A stretch of DNA of 64,000 bases. Source: Malacoraja senta. Taxonomy: Eukaryota. This document shows positions 10,939-23,401 of the stretch, in pieces. Numbering within the stretch: the stretch's first letter is position 1; every line of letters begins with the position of its first letter. The stretch spans positions 124,001-188,000 of the forward strand of contig JAXLNO010000104.1 in the NCBI GenBank assembly GCA_038087875.1, in the 5' to 3' direction. The position numbers and the translations under genes were made by a program. Below the pieces are notes generated by a model. The model was not told where the DNA came from and made no database searches. It was given only the letters and a program-made list of their open reading frames with translations.

Positions 10939-11972
10939 TAGGTATGTTACAATACTTGCCTTCAGCGGCGCTGTAATTCTGTCACTGGCCGTGTGCGCGA
11001 TTTTGGCGCCTTTAAGGGGGGGGCGGGGTTAAAACGCGGGTTTCTCCTCCCTTGTCCTGAATTATATTTTGTTGGAGTACAAGCTTTTGCGGATGAATCG
11101 TTCCGAGGGGCGTTTTGAGTATTTAGTTTTAAAAATCTCCCGACAAGTTCAGTGTTGGAATCATTTTAAAATCATCTTCTGCACCCGTCAACGCCAACAA
11201 CGGGGACGGATTTCACACATGGGACAGGTAAACGAATGTGCTTGATTTTTATGTATAAACGTTCTCCTTAAGAGGCCTTTAATTCACATTTTTACATGCG
11301 ACACGGTGATTTTTTTCCCCCGAACTAACGGCAATAATTTTCATGCCAATACGGGGTTAAATTCACCGCAAATGAACGTTCCAAATGATCGCGTTCCAGA
11401 AATCCCCATTCGCAAGATGATATAAATGCCCATTAATTTACAGGTATTAAACATTCAATTTATTCCATTTGGCCTGTAAATCCATGACAATGAGATAAAA
11501 AAATTATGTTATATTGTAAATTCTTGTGTGAATGTTATTTGGACACTTAGGCTATTTAAAAATGTTAATCTATTCTTAAGAAATTGAAAGATGTTTAGAT
11601 CTAGTAATTGAATTTTGTAATTAGCTACAATTAGGTAACTAACTAATTATATGCTTTAATTTCATGTCATCTAAGTAAGATTGTTTCATATTTGTTTCAG
11701 CATGCTTCAATCTATAATAACTGAAAATTTCTTTCGGTTCTCTTTAATTTTTAAGAAAGTTGTGGGCTCGACTCACAGCTTTTGTGTTAAGTCAATGGAA
11801 AAGCAATAGGGAACAAGATGCTAATTTCCGAGTATGAAAATGGCCATAACTTTTTTAATACTGAAGATATGAAAGTGAATTAGGTGTCAAATTAAACTTA
11901 TTTTTATGCTTTATCTGATGGGATAAATTACAGACTTGATTTTTAAAATCTCAAAATTTTGTAACATTGCTA
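10939..11972. mobile_element. Non-autonomous DNA transposon (hAT-like TAG...CTA ends)
   Basis: TIRs taggtatgttacaa / ttgtaacattgcta; direct repeat cattatc on both sides (10932-10938, 11973-11979); AT-rich noncoding interior. Confidence 0.8.
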
Positions 11973-12295
11973 CATTATCTCCCTCCTTCTGCATTGTATT
12001 TCACTCATTTTCTCTCATTATCTGACAGCCTTGTCTCTTTTTTATTTAACTGTTTATCCGCCCATCCGCCAATAAAACCTCCTTGCCTGTATCCACCTAT
12101 AACTTGCCAGGCTTTGCTTCCTCCCACTTCTATTTCAGATTGATAATAAAATATTAGGTTATACCATTTTTCATTTAAAAAGTTACAAATTAAGAGCTGC
12201 AGCTTATTCTACCGTCAAGCTGGATAATGAGTAGATTGGCATTATTGTTGTAAATGTTAACCTTATAAAGTAAGAAGCAACATTGAGGATATTAC

Positions 12296-12600
12296 ACAAG
12301 TAATCAATCCTCCATTAGTTTCACCCAACAAGTAATCAATCCTCCATCAGTTTCGCTCAACAAGTAATCAATCCTCCATCAGTTTCGCCCAACAAGTAAT
12401 CAATCCTCCATCAGTTTCGCCCAACAAGTAATCAATCCTCCATCAGTTTCACCCAACAAGTAATCCTCCATCAGTTTCGCCCAACAAGTAATCAATCCTC
12501 CATCAGTTTCGCCCAACAAGTAATCAATCCTCCATCAGTTTCGCTCAACAAGTAATCCTCCGTCAGTTTCGCCCAACAAGTAATCCTCCGTCAGTTTCGC
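12296..12600 (+). repeat. Minisatellite, ~10 units of 32/28 bp (caagtaatc[aatc]ctccrtcagtttcgcccaa)
   Basis: Directly visible tandem units; the unit equals the Penelope sequence at ~62955-62982. Confidence 0.95.
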
Positions 12601-13350
12601 CACCTCCAACGTGACCCCACCACTCGCCACATCTTCCCATCTCCCCCCATGTCTGCCTTCCGCAAAGACCGCTCCCTCCGTAACTCCCTTGTCAATTCTT
12701 CCCTTCCCTCCCGTACCACCCCCTCCCCGGGCACTTTCCCTTGCAACCGCAAGAGATGCAACACTTGTCCCTTCACCTCCCCCCTCGACTCCATTCAAGG
12801 ACCCAAGCAATCGTTCCAGGTGCGACAGAGGTTCACCTGCATCTCCTCCAACCTCATCTATTGTATCCGCTGCTCTAGATGTCAGCTGATCTACATCGGT
12901 GAGACCAAGCGGAGGCTTGGCGATCGTTTCGCCGAACACCTCCGCTCGGTCCGCAATAACTAACCTGACCTCCCGGTGGCTCAGCACTTCAACTCCCCCT
13001 CCCATTCCGTATCCGACCTCTCTGTCCTGGGTCTCCTCCATGGCCAGAGCGAGCAACACCGGAAATTGGAGGAAATGCATCTCATATTCCGCTTGGGTAG
13101 TTTGCATCCTGGTGGCATGAACATTGAATTCTCCCAATTTTGCTAGCCCTTGCTGTCTCCTCCCCTTCCTCAGCCCTCGGGCTCCTCCTCCCATCCCTCA
13201 GTCCTCGGGCTCCTCCTCCGCCTTTTTCCTTTCTTCTCCCCACCCCCCATCAGTCTGAAGAAGGGTTTTGGCCCGAAACGTTGCCTAGTTCCTTCGCTCC
13301 ATAGATGCTGCTGCACCCGCTGAGTTTCTCCAGCATTTTTGTGTACCTTT
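12573..13350 (+). mobile_element. 5'-truncated Penelope-like element (Cys-rich linker, GIY-YIG endonuclease, 3' end with hammerhead)
   Basis: ORF 12649-12963 reads CNRKRCNTC...NLIYCIRCSRCQLIYIGETKRRLGDRFAEH, with a premature stop relative to the near-identical copy at 62832-63527. Confidence 0.93.
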
Positions 13351-13594
13351 GTGGATATTAATACACATATCATGATTTAACATGGCACTGAAAATTCCTG
13401 GTAATATTCTTGTACCATATGTTATGTGCAAGACTGAAAAAAGCCAAAAGGTACTTGCACCTTTCTCTTTCATGCTGTTTTCATGTCACAATCAATAACC
13501 TAAAATGAACAGCATTTGACTTTACACTAATGCTACATTTCTAGAATTCAAGTCGCTCATCAAGGCCTATGCAATGAAACTAGAGAGAGCTAGC

Positions 13595-13923
13595 TCTCTA
13601 AGGGGGTAGAGGAACTGAAAGAATTTTTCATTAGGCGAGAAATAGTATTGGGTAGGCTAATGGGACTGAAGGATGATAAATCCCCTGGACCTGATGGTCT
13701 GCATTCCCAGGGTCCTCAGGGGGGTGGCTCTAGAAACAGTGGACGCATTGGTGATCATTTTCCAATGTTCAATAGATTCAGGATCAGTTCCTGTGGATTG
13801 GAGGATAGCTAATGTTATCCCACTTTTCAAGAAAGGAGCGAGAGAGAAAACGGGGAATTACAGACCAGTTAGCCTGACTTCGGTGGTGGGAAAGATGCTG
13901 GAGTCAATTATTAAAGAGGTAAT
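13595..13923 (+). mobile_element. CR1 LINE ORF2 fragment, 5' part (continues at 21932 after the DIRS insertion)
   Basis: KSPGPDG...NVIPLFKKGAREKTGNYRPVSLTSVVGKMLESIIKEVI joins in frame to MGHLE... at 21930. Confidence 0.92.
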
Positions 13924-14415
13924 AATAGTAAGATTAAACGAGAACTTATCAGTTTGAGGTTTGAGCTTTATTTTATGAGGAGTTACGTCGAGGGATTACG
14001 TGAAGACCCCGCCAGCACGCATGCGCGACATTCTTCAAAGCAGCGGTGTGGAATCACAATAATAGAAATGAAATAAACATAGTAGATAAGAAGAACTAGG
14101 ATACCAGTTGACCTTTATAAGAGGGTGGGCGTGGAGGGCACGTAATCCCTCGACGTAACTCCTCATAAAATAAAGATCAAACCTCAAACTGGTAAGTTCT
14201 CGTTTAATCTTACTATTTTACTTCGGAGTCACGTGAGTGACTACGTGAAGATTTTAAAGATGTGTGATTTCATGCCGTGGAACAAATCCATGCCTCACTC
14301 ACTGCCGAAGTCACCCAAGGGAGGAGGTATGTTATCGTAATTAAACATGAATCAATTTTTAAAAACAATAACGATTTATTTTTTAACAAAGAAAATAATG
14401 CTCCCTTGGGCTAAA

Positions 14416-17400
14416 TTATATTGCAGAACTTAAAATTCTTTCTGCAAACACTGCAGGTTTGCCGATCGGCTTATTATAACATATTTGGAAAGTCTTTTCC
14501 GTAGACCATCCTGCTGTCGCCAGGATATGGTCAATTGGTACCTCCATATTTCTGGCCACCGATGTTGCTGCTGCCCTGGTGGAGTGAGATTTAAAAATGT
14601 CAGTATCCACCCCAGCAGCCCCCAGAATCTGTCTGAGCCATCTTGAGATGGTCTGTACTGACAATATATTCAATATTCAGGAGGGATAGAGAGAAAGGAA
14701 AAGGTGGTGGAGTAGCGTTGCTGGTTAGAGAGGAGATTAACGCAGTGGAAAAGAAGGACATTAGCTTGGAGGATGTGGAATCGGTATGGCTAGAGCTGCG
14801 AAGCACTAAGGGGCTGAAAATGCTGGTGGGTGTTGTGTACAAGCCACCTAGCAGTAGTAGTGAAGTTGGGGATGGCATCAAACAGGAAATTAGAAATGCG
14901 TGCAACAAAGGCAAAACAGTTATAATGGGTGACTTCAATCTACATATAGATTGGGTGAATCAAATTGGCAGGGGTGCTGAGGAAGAGGATTTCTTGGAAT
15001 GTATGCGGGATAGTTATCTAAACCAACATGTAGAGGAACCAACGAGAGAGCAGGCTATTCTAGACTGGGTATTGAGTAATGAGGAAGGGTTAGTTAGCAG
15101 TCTTGTTGTGCGTGCCCCCTTGGGCAAGAGTGACCATAATATGGTTGAGTTCTTCATTAGGATGGAGAGTGACATTGTTAATTCAGAAACAACGGTTCTG
15201 AACTTAAAGAAAGGTAACTTTGAGGGTATGAGACGTGAATCGGCCAAGATTGACTGGCAATTAGTTCTAAAAGGGTTGACGGTGGATATGCAATGGAAGG
15301 CATTTAAAGACTGCATGGATGAACTACAAAAATTGTTCATCCCAGTTTGGCAAAAGAATAAATCAGGGAAGGTAGTGCATCCGTGGATAACAAGGGAAAT
15401 CAGGGATGGTATCAAAGCAAAAGATGATGCGTACAAATTAGCCAGAAAAAGCAGCATACCATAGGACTGGGAGAAATTCAGAGACCAGCAGAGGAGGACA
15501 AAGGGCTTAATTAGGAAAGGGAAAATAGATTATGAAAGAAAACTGGCAGGGAACATAAAAACTGACTGCAAAAGTTTTTATAGATATGTGAAGAGAAAGA
15601 GATTAGTTAAAACAAATGTAGGTCCCTTGCAGTCAGAAACAGGTGAATTGATCATGGGGAACAAGGATATGGCGGACCAATTGAATAACTACTTTGGTTC
15701 CATCTTCACTAAGGAAGACATAAATAATCTGCCGGAAATAGCGGGGGACCGCGGGTCAAAGGAGATAGAGGAACTGAGTGAAATCCAGGTTAGTCGGGAA
15801 GTGGTGTTGGGTAAATTGAATGGATTAAAGGCCGATAAATCACCAGGGCCAGATAGGCTGCATCCCAGAGTACTTAAGAAAGTAGCTCCAGAAATAGTGG
15901 ATGCATTAGTGATAATTTTTCAAAACTCTTTAGATTGTGGAGTAATTCCTGAGGATTGGAGGGTAGCAAACGTAACCCCACTTTTTAAGAAGGGAGGGAG
16001 AGAGAAAACGGGGAATTACAGACCAGTTAGTCCAACATCGGTAGTGGGGAAACTGCTAGTCAGTAATTAAAGATGGGATAGCAGCACATTTGGAAAGTGG
16101 TGAAATCATTGGACAAAGTCAGCATGGATTTACGAAAGGTAAATCATGTCTGACGAATCTTATATAATTTTTCGAGGATGTAACTAGTACAGTGGATAGG
16201 GGAGAACCAGTGGATGTGTTGTATCTGGACTTTCAGAAGGCTTTTGACAAGGTCCCACATAAGAGATTAGTATACAAACTTAAAGCACACGGTATTGGGG
16301 GTTCAGTATTGATGTGGATAGAGAACTGGCTGGCAAACAGGAAGCAAAGAGTAGGAGTAAATGGGTCATTTTCACAATGGCAGGCAGTGACTAGTGGGGT
16401 ACCGCAAGGCTCAGTGCTGGGACCCCAGCTATTTACAATTTATATTAATGAACTGGGTGAGGGAATTGAAGGCAACATCTCCAAGTTTGCGGACGACACT
16501 AAGCTGGGGGGCAGTGTTAGCCGTGAGGAGGATGCTAGGAGACTGCAAGGTGACTTGGATGGGCTGGGTGAGTGGGCAAATGTTTGGCAGATGCAGTATA
16601 ATGTGGATAAATGTGAGGTTATCCACTTTGGTGGCAAAAACAGGAAAGTAGACTATTATCTAAATGGTGGCCGATTAGGAAAAGGGGAGGTGCAGCGAGA
16701 CCTGGGTGTCATGGTACACCAGTCATTGAAAGTAGGCATGCAGGTGCAGCAGGCAGTGAAGAAAGCGAATGGTATGTTAGCTTTCATAGCAAAAGGATTT
16801 GAGTATAGGAGCAGGGAGGTTCTACTGCAGTTGTACAGGGTCTTGGTGAGACCAGACCTGGAGTATTGCGTACAGTTTTGGTCTCCAAATCTGAGGAAGG
16901 ACATTATAGCCATAGAGGGAGTGCAGAGAAGGTTCACCAGACTGATTCATGGGATGTCAGGACTTTCATATGAAGAAAGACGGGATAGACTTGGCTTATA
17001 CTCGCTAGAATTTAGGAGATTGAGAGGGGATCTTATAGAAACGTACAAAATTCTTATGGGGTTGGACAGGCTAGATGCAGGAAGATTGTTCCCGATGTTG
17101 GGGAAGTCCAGGACAAGGGGTCACAGCTTAAGGATAAGGGGGAAATCCTTTAAGATGAGAAAACACTTTTTCACACAGAGAGTGGTGAATCTCTGGAACT
17201 CTCTGCCACAGAGGGTAGTTGAGGCCAGTTCATTGGCTATATTTAGGAGGGAGTTATATGTGGCCCTTGTGGCTAAAGGGATCAGGGGGTATGGAGAGAA
17301 GGCAGGTACGGGATACTGAGTTGGATGATCAGCCATGATCATATTGAATGGCGGTGCAGGCTCGAAGGGCCGAATGGCCTACGCCTGCACCTATTTTCTA

Positions 17401-18149
17401 TGTATCTATGACATCCGTCGATGAGGTTGTTTGAAGCTAACCCATAATGCCATTTTGCTTCCTCTTAAGGCTTTTGTTGTCCTAAGATAAAGCAGTAGGT
17501 GTGTCATGACACACAAACGGGGGTCAGGTGGGTATGCCCGGAATTCCAAACTCAGTCCCGAAGTTCCCGGTCTATTCTGTTTGACCAAGTCCAAGATCCG
17601 GAAGGTTATCTTGTCAGTTGATGATTTCATATTGTCCAATCTTAATTTGTATAGGGACTGGACCTTTTGAGCTGAGACCAAAGCCATCAGCATTACTGTT
17701 TTTAGTGTGAGCTGTTCCAGGGACAGGGACATTGCTGGTGACCAACCCCTTAGCAATGTCAGTACAACACTGACGTCCCAGATCTGGGTGTACCTTGGTC
17801 TGGGGGGATTGGTGTTGTAGATACCCCTCATTAGTTTGGCAACTAGAGGGTGGGATCCCATGGACTGCTGTCCCGGTGCCTGCCATTAATATGCTGACAG
17901 AGCACTCCTAGCACTGTTAATTGTGCTGTAACTCAGTCCTTCATCAAAGTGAAGGCTGGATAGGAACTCCAGGACATTGGTAATTGTAGCTGATTTGTAT
18001 GCTACCCCAGTCCTTGAGCAGTACGTTTCCCACTTCCGAATGCTGGAGAGGTACTGCTTCTTAGTCGATTCTCGGGAGGCCGCCGTGATCATGTTCATGG
18101 TCCTGTCCGATAATCCCAGATCCAACAGAGGTCTTTTCAAATTCTTCAA
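14416..18149 (-). pseudogene. DIRS #1 tyrosine recombinase ORF, split by a CR1 insertion (pieces 17886-18149, 17409-17861, 14416-14663)
   Basis: SAM-like N-terminus (SYSTINSARSALS), LMALVSAQ, catalytic HSTR...AGW...TF..Y motifs. Confidence 0.9.
14664..17408 (+). mobile_element. CR1 LINE, 5'-truncated ORF2 (APE endonuclease + RT) with 3'UTR, inserted in the DIRS YR gene
   Basis: MGDFN, LDWVL, GKSDHN (APE); YLDFQKAFDKVPH, GVPQGSVLGP, FADD (RT); tail cctattttctatgtatctat; TSD tgaca (14659-14663 / 17409-17413). Confidence 0.95.
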
Positions 18150-18271
18150 GCCAACAGATTTATCCTGTCATGGCACGGATGACTTTCGCCCGTAACAGGA
18201 TGGACCAAGAGATCTGGTCTTTTGGGAATGGTCATGAGTGGTTCAGAGACCATGTCGAGGACCACAGGGAA

Positions 18272-20472
18272 TCATGGCTGTGTATGCCAATTGGGTACTA
18301 CCAAAATACCTGAAGCTGAGTCCATTTGTATTTTGCGTAGGACCCGACTGATGAGGCAGAAGGGGGGGAAGGCATAGAAAAACAATTTTCCCCAATTCAG
18401 CGAAAAAGCGTCCATCGCTGCTGCCTCAGGGTCTGGTTCCCAAGCGACATATGTTGGTAACTGGTGATTCAGTCTGGATGCAAAGAGATCGATATCAGGT
18501 GTATCATACCGCATTGTACTATCAGCAAATACTTTGTGGTTCAACATCCATTCGGTGTTGTCATTAAATTTTCGTGACCTGGTGTCTGCCACTGTATTGA
18601 GCTTACCTGGTAGGTAAGTTGCTGATAGCCAAATATGTCTGTCGACACACCATTGCCAGATTGTGCTGACCAGATCGTCACACGATATCGATTTTATTCC
18701 ACCCATATGATTAATATAAGCCACCACTGTGGTATTGTCAATTTGTAAGCGGACATGCAAATGGTGCATAGCTGAACAGTAAGCTTTTAGCCCATAAAAC
18801 GCACCCAACATTTCTAAGTAATTTATACCCAGTGTCTGTAGTAGTGATGATTCTTGTATGTTCCATCTACCACCAGTACTAGATATAGTGTTAGTTGCTC
18901 CCCAGCCCTTAGCACTGGCATCCGTTTGTAATGTGAATGATGGGTTACTGATAACGATGGGGCTGGAACTATGCCAAATGTTTTCTCTCCACCATTGTAA
19001 CTCCGAAATTGCTTTGGCTGGTAATTGCATATGTCGATCAAAATGACCTTCATGTTGTTTTAGCGCTTGCACCTTTGCCCTTTGTAAATTTTGGTAATGC
19101 AAAGGTCCAAACTGAGTAGCTGGAAATGCTGCTACTAGTTTCCCAATCACTTTTGCCACCTGTCGAATAGATGGTTGATTAGTAACAATCAATGTGTTGC
19201 AGGCTTCCACCAACTCTGCTGCTTTGTCCATGAGCAATGTTACAGACATGTGGACAGAGTTAATTGTGAATCCCAGATAGTCCATAGTTGTGGATGGTGT
19301 CAACTTAGATGTATGTATGATAAACCCCAGTGTTTCAAACAGATGTTTGGTAGCTAAAACCGCTGATTTAGCTAATTCCAGGGTTTTCCCCACAATCAAA
19401 ATATCATCAAGATATGCCATAACAATATGTTTTTGTTTCCTTAGTATTGCCAAGGCTGGTTTCAATATCTTGGTAAATAGTCTTGGGGCTGATGTTAACC
19501 CATTAGGCAACGCTTTATACTGCCATAGTTGCCCCATCCAGTTAAATTGTAGGTATCTACAATGATACTTATGAATGGGTACTGAATATTATGCATCCGT
19601 AGAGGCAATAGCGGGGGCTTCATTTGGCCTGACTTTTTTGGTTGAACTGGGGCTGGGGACTGGACACTGTGCCTTCCCCCACAGTGGAAATCACTGTGGG
19701 GGGATGATTTTTTGTATGTAACTGTTTGTAATTGTATTTGTTAGTCTGTGTTCAAGATGGCGGTCGGAGGGGAGAGTGGACGCTGGCGCGGTTTCGTTGC
19801 CGCTGCTCTCTCCTCAAAATTTGTGCTTCTGATTTTCTTTTTTTTGTGTTTTTGGAAGGAATTCTGTCCCTGATTTATGTATTGGTCTTTATAACTTATT
19901 TTTTTAAATTCTGATTATATGTTTCCTATAAATCTCTGTAAGGTGTCCTTGAGACCTCGGTATAAGGCGCCCGTAAATAAAATCCATTATTATTATTATT
20001 ATCTTTTAAATCGATGCATGCCATGAAGTATCCTTCGGGAACTAATTGTTTGGCAGTAACAAATGTTTCCATTTTGAAATGTATATACTTAACAAAAGTA
20101 TTCAGTCTAGTTAAGTCAATGATGATGCGACATCCACCATCTTTCTTAGTTTTTGTAAAAATGTTCGATACAAATTCCAGAGAGTCATGCTCCGTTCTTT
20201 CTATAACTCCTTTAGCATGTAACCTCTCCAGTTCTGCATGTCCTTTGAATGTTTCCCGTTGTGAGAGTACAAACTCCCTGTCAGGTACATGTTGAACTGG
20301 TGGCATACTTTTTTGGATGAAATCAATTTTGTATCCCTGAATACTTTGTAGTGTATATTTGTCAAATGTAATAGTCCTCCATGCTTCCCAAAACAAGTGT
20401 AACCTTCCCCATGTTAGTACAGGACCTACACCTTTTATGTTCTGGAAGGAACCAGACCCACCTACCTCCATG
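18272..20472 (-). pseudogene. DIRS #1 pol: reverse transcriptase, RNase H and dam-like methyltransferase domains
   Basis: KKDGGCRIIIDL, IDLKD, LPNGLTSAPRLF, YLDD; TDAS, INYLE, DNTT, ADTRSR (RNase H); DLFASRLN...YAFPPF (MT). Interrupted at 19598-20000. Confidence 0.92.
19598..20000 (+). mobile_element. Noncoding retroposon fragment with L2-like 3' tail, inserted in the DIRS RT
   Basis: Ends ctgtaaggtgtccttgag...aaggcgcccgtaaataaaatcc(att)n; short atc duplication; splits the IDLKD|AxYSVPI motif. Confidence 0.7.
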
Positions 20473-20759
20473 GTTACCGGTGGTATGTTCATTTCTTCGG
20501 CCTCTGTTTCTTCACTGGTCGAGGCGCCGGAGTGGGGTTGGCGCATCTTCCATGAGGGCCGCTCTGGGCCTTGGCCTAAAAAAGCCCTTCGTGGTTGATG
20601 TGCGGCCCTCATGCTTTTACCAGCACCCTGGTGTTGATGCCTGCTGATGGATGCATAGGGGTGCTGCCGTCTGGGGTGTGTAGTTTTGCTCGTTCCTGCA
20701 GCTGCCCTCATAAGCCCAACGGCTTTAGACTCTTCGTCCAGTTCTTTTATTTGCTTGGA

Positions 20760-21452
20760 CTAGTCTTTTCCAAACAGCAGTATCTGTGGCTGTGCAGTTG
20801 CAGTTTTGCACAACCCTGCGAATTTGGGGTTGAGGGCAGGTTTGATGGCGTTCTTCCGCAGGCAGTTTATTTCATACTGTGTATTACACAGTAGGGCCAG
20901 TGTGTCCTGCTGGTTATCCGTCATTTCAACCCCATCAACGGAACGAGCGTAGGACGTTATGGCTGAAGTCAGAAGTTTTAATATCTTCTGAAGCTTCACC
21001 TCCTGGGCCCTTATGCCCAGCCCAATGTACCCCCAGATTTGGCTGTTGACAGCGGGTACATTTAGTGAGATGCAGTTCTCCGGAGGTATATATTTGCCCA
21101 TTGTTTCATTGACTACCTGTTCCTGCAGAGGGTGGAAGGACAGGTAGTCTATACTGGCCGCCAGTTTGGCCTGTATTGGTTGCCCCGCTTGGGGTGGTAC
21201 CGCAAACTTGTTGAGCACACCCAGCAGCTCTTCATGGTCCTGCACCCCCAGCACACTGCTGGTATCTTCAGCCACGAACCCCTCTTCCAGGCCAGCCCAG
21301 CCCTGCCCCCCAACGCTCCCCTCTGTCGAGGGAGATGCGATGGACAGCGCAGAATACGGTGCTGTTGTGGGTGTGCGAGCACTCCCATGGCGAGCTTGCT
21401 GCATCTCCCGGAGCAAGTCTCGTTGGAGCATCTGCTCCATCAACTGCTCCAT
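20760..21452 (-). pseudogene. DIRS #1 ORF1 (gag-like)
   Basis: Lies upstream of RT; PENC.SL.VP.VN..IW and EIN.LR...IKPALN motifs, also seen in DIRS #2. Confidence 0.75.
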
Positions 21453-21931
21453 GCGGAATAGACAGTCACCTTTGCAGCTCTCGGACAGCGCGTCCTCCTG
21501 ACCGGACTCGTCCTAGTCTATCGGCCGGACCGACTTCTGCTTCGCCTTGCCTCCAACCCGCTGCATTGGTTCGAGCTGAGAAGCTTGCGGCGTTGGGCTT
21601 GGCTGAGCGGTGTTAGAGTCTGTGACTGGACTGCAGGGAATGCGGTCCCGGTGCCGTCGGTCGCTCCCCACTGCCGGAACATTCCTGGTCCACCACAGTC
21701 GTACGGGACGCGACTCTCTTTATTTTCCTTCCCTTGTCCATGTTTGATGAAATACAGAACACAGCAAGGGTTCGAAATAAACGACCTCAGAATAAGATTA
21801 ACCTACCTGCAGGTCCCGTTTTAAACTTTGCCGCGGGAGAGCTCTTCCCCCGCCCGTCGCTGTTGCACAGCGTGAGACGTTATGTCGCGCATGCGTGCTG
21901 GCGGGGTCTTCACGTGACTCCGAAGTAAAAT

Positions 21932-22962
21932 GGGGCATTTGGAGAGCAATAAAAGGATTAGTCCTAGTCAACATGGATTTATGAAATGGAAATCATGCTT
22001 TACTAATCTTATGGAATTCTTTGAGGATGCGACAAGTAAAATGGATGAAGGGGTGCCAGTGGATGTAGTGTATCTAGACTTTCATAAAGCCTTTGATAAG
22101 GTCCCGCACGGGAGACTGGTGACTAAAATTAGAGCACATGTTATTGGGGGTAGGGTGTTGACATGGATAGAAAATTGGTTGGCAGACCGGAAGCAAAGAG
22201 TAGGAGTGAACGGGTCCTTTTCAGAATGGCAGGCAGTGGCGAGTGGAGTGCCGCAAGCCTCAGTGTTGGGGCCACAACTGTTTACCATATATATTAATGA
22301 TTTGGAAGAGGGAATTAGGAGCAACACTAGCAAGTTTGCAGATGACATAAAGCTGGGTGTCAGTGTGAACTGTGAAGAGGATGTTAGGAGGTTGCAGGGT
22401 GACCTGGACAGGTTGAGTGAGTGGGCAGATGCGTGGCAGATGCAGTATAATATAGATAAATGTGAGGTTATTCACTTCGGCGGCAAAAACAAGGGGGCAG
22501 ATTATTATCTCAATGGGGTTTGGTTAGGTAAGGGGGAGGTGCAGCGAGACCTGGGCGTCCTTGTACACCGGTCATTGAAAGTTGGCTTACAGGTACAGCA
22601 GGCAGTGAAGAAAGCTAATGGAATGTTGGCCTTCATAACAAGAGGATTTCAGTATAGGAGTAAAGAGGTTCTTCTGCAGTTGTATAGGGCTCTGGTGAGA
22701 CCACATCTGGAGTATTGTGTACAGTTTTGGTCTAATTTGAGGAAGGACATCCTTGTGATTGAGGCAGTGCAGCGTAGGTTCACGAGATTGATCCCTGGTA
22801 TGGCGGGACTGTCATATGAGGAAAGATTGAAAAAACTAGGCTTGTATTCACTGGAGTTTAGAAGGATGAGGGGGCATCTTATAGAAACATATAAAATTAT
22901 AAAATGACTGGACAAGCTAGATGCAGGAAAAATGTTTCCAATGTTGGGCGAGTCCAGAACCA
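21932..22962 (+). mobile_element. CR1 LINE RT fragment, 3' part of the element split by DIRS #1
   Basis: QHGF..KSC.TNL, YLDFHKAFDKVPH, FADD, VRPHLEYCVQFW. Confidence 0.92.
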
Positions 22963-23215
22963 GGTCTGTTTGGAGGTTGTACGTTCTCCCCATGACCGCT
23001 TGGGTTTTCTCCAAGTTCTTCGGTTTCCTCCCACACTCCATTGACGTACAGGTTTGTAGGTTAATTGTCTAGAATAAGTATAAATTGTAAATTGTCCCTC
23101 GTGTGTGTGTGTGTGTGTGTGTGCAGGAAGGTGCTAATATGTGAGGATCACTGGTCGGTGTGGACTCGGTGGGTCGAAAGGCATGTTTCCGCAATGTATC
23201 TCGAAACTAAACTAA
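22963..23215 (+). mobile_element. Partial HE1-type V-SINE
   Basis: V-domain-like acgttctccccatgaccgcttgggttttctcc...ggtttcctcccacactcca, (gt)n, tail ...tatctcgaaactaaactaa. Confidence 0.75.
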
Positions 23216-23219
23216 AAGA

Positions 23220-23400
23220 TGTTTTCATTGCACTTGCAGATTGTCCTGATTGAGCACTTTTCTCAATCTTCTCAACGTTGTGTTGAATGCTATGAACAGT
23301 GCTCTCACTTAAATCAAGCATGTAGCCAACATCTAATACACACATTCCTCTCTGAAGGTGGTTGATCACATCTTTCATTGGCCGCTCTCAGTCTTGAAAG
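23220..23400 (-). mobile_element. Tigger/pogo transposase N-terminal (CENP-B/psq HTH) fragment
   Basis: KDVINHLQRG...DVGYMLDLSESTVHSIQHNVEKI resembles the Tigger HTH. Confidence 0.6.
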
Positions 23401-23401
23401 A

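Larger units (their letters stand above)
13924..21931 (-). mobile_element. DIRS1-type tyrosine-recombinase retrotransposon #1, full span, decayed and interrupted
   Basis: ITR acgtgaagaccccgccagcacgcatgcgcgaca (13998-14030) is inverted at ~21883-21915. The ICR at 14139-14251 is complementary to both outer ends. Minus-strand gag-like, RT, RNase H, methyltransferase and YR ORFs. Confidence 0.95.

Noticed and set aside
12296..12600. CRISPR-like appearance of regular ~30-bp repeats (also 54427-54752, 57572-57968)
   Set aside because: Head-to-tail units without unique spacers, no cas genes, vertebrate context.
18272..18500. Bacterial DNA methyltransferase as contamination or HGT
   Set aside because: The dam-like domain is a standard part of DIRS1 pol.
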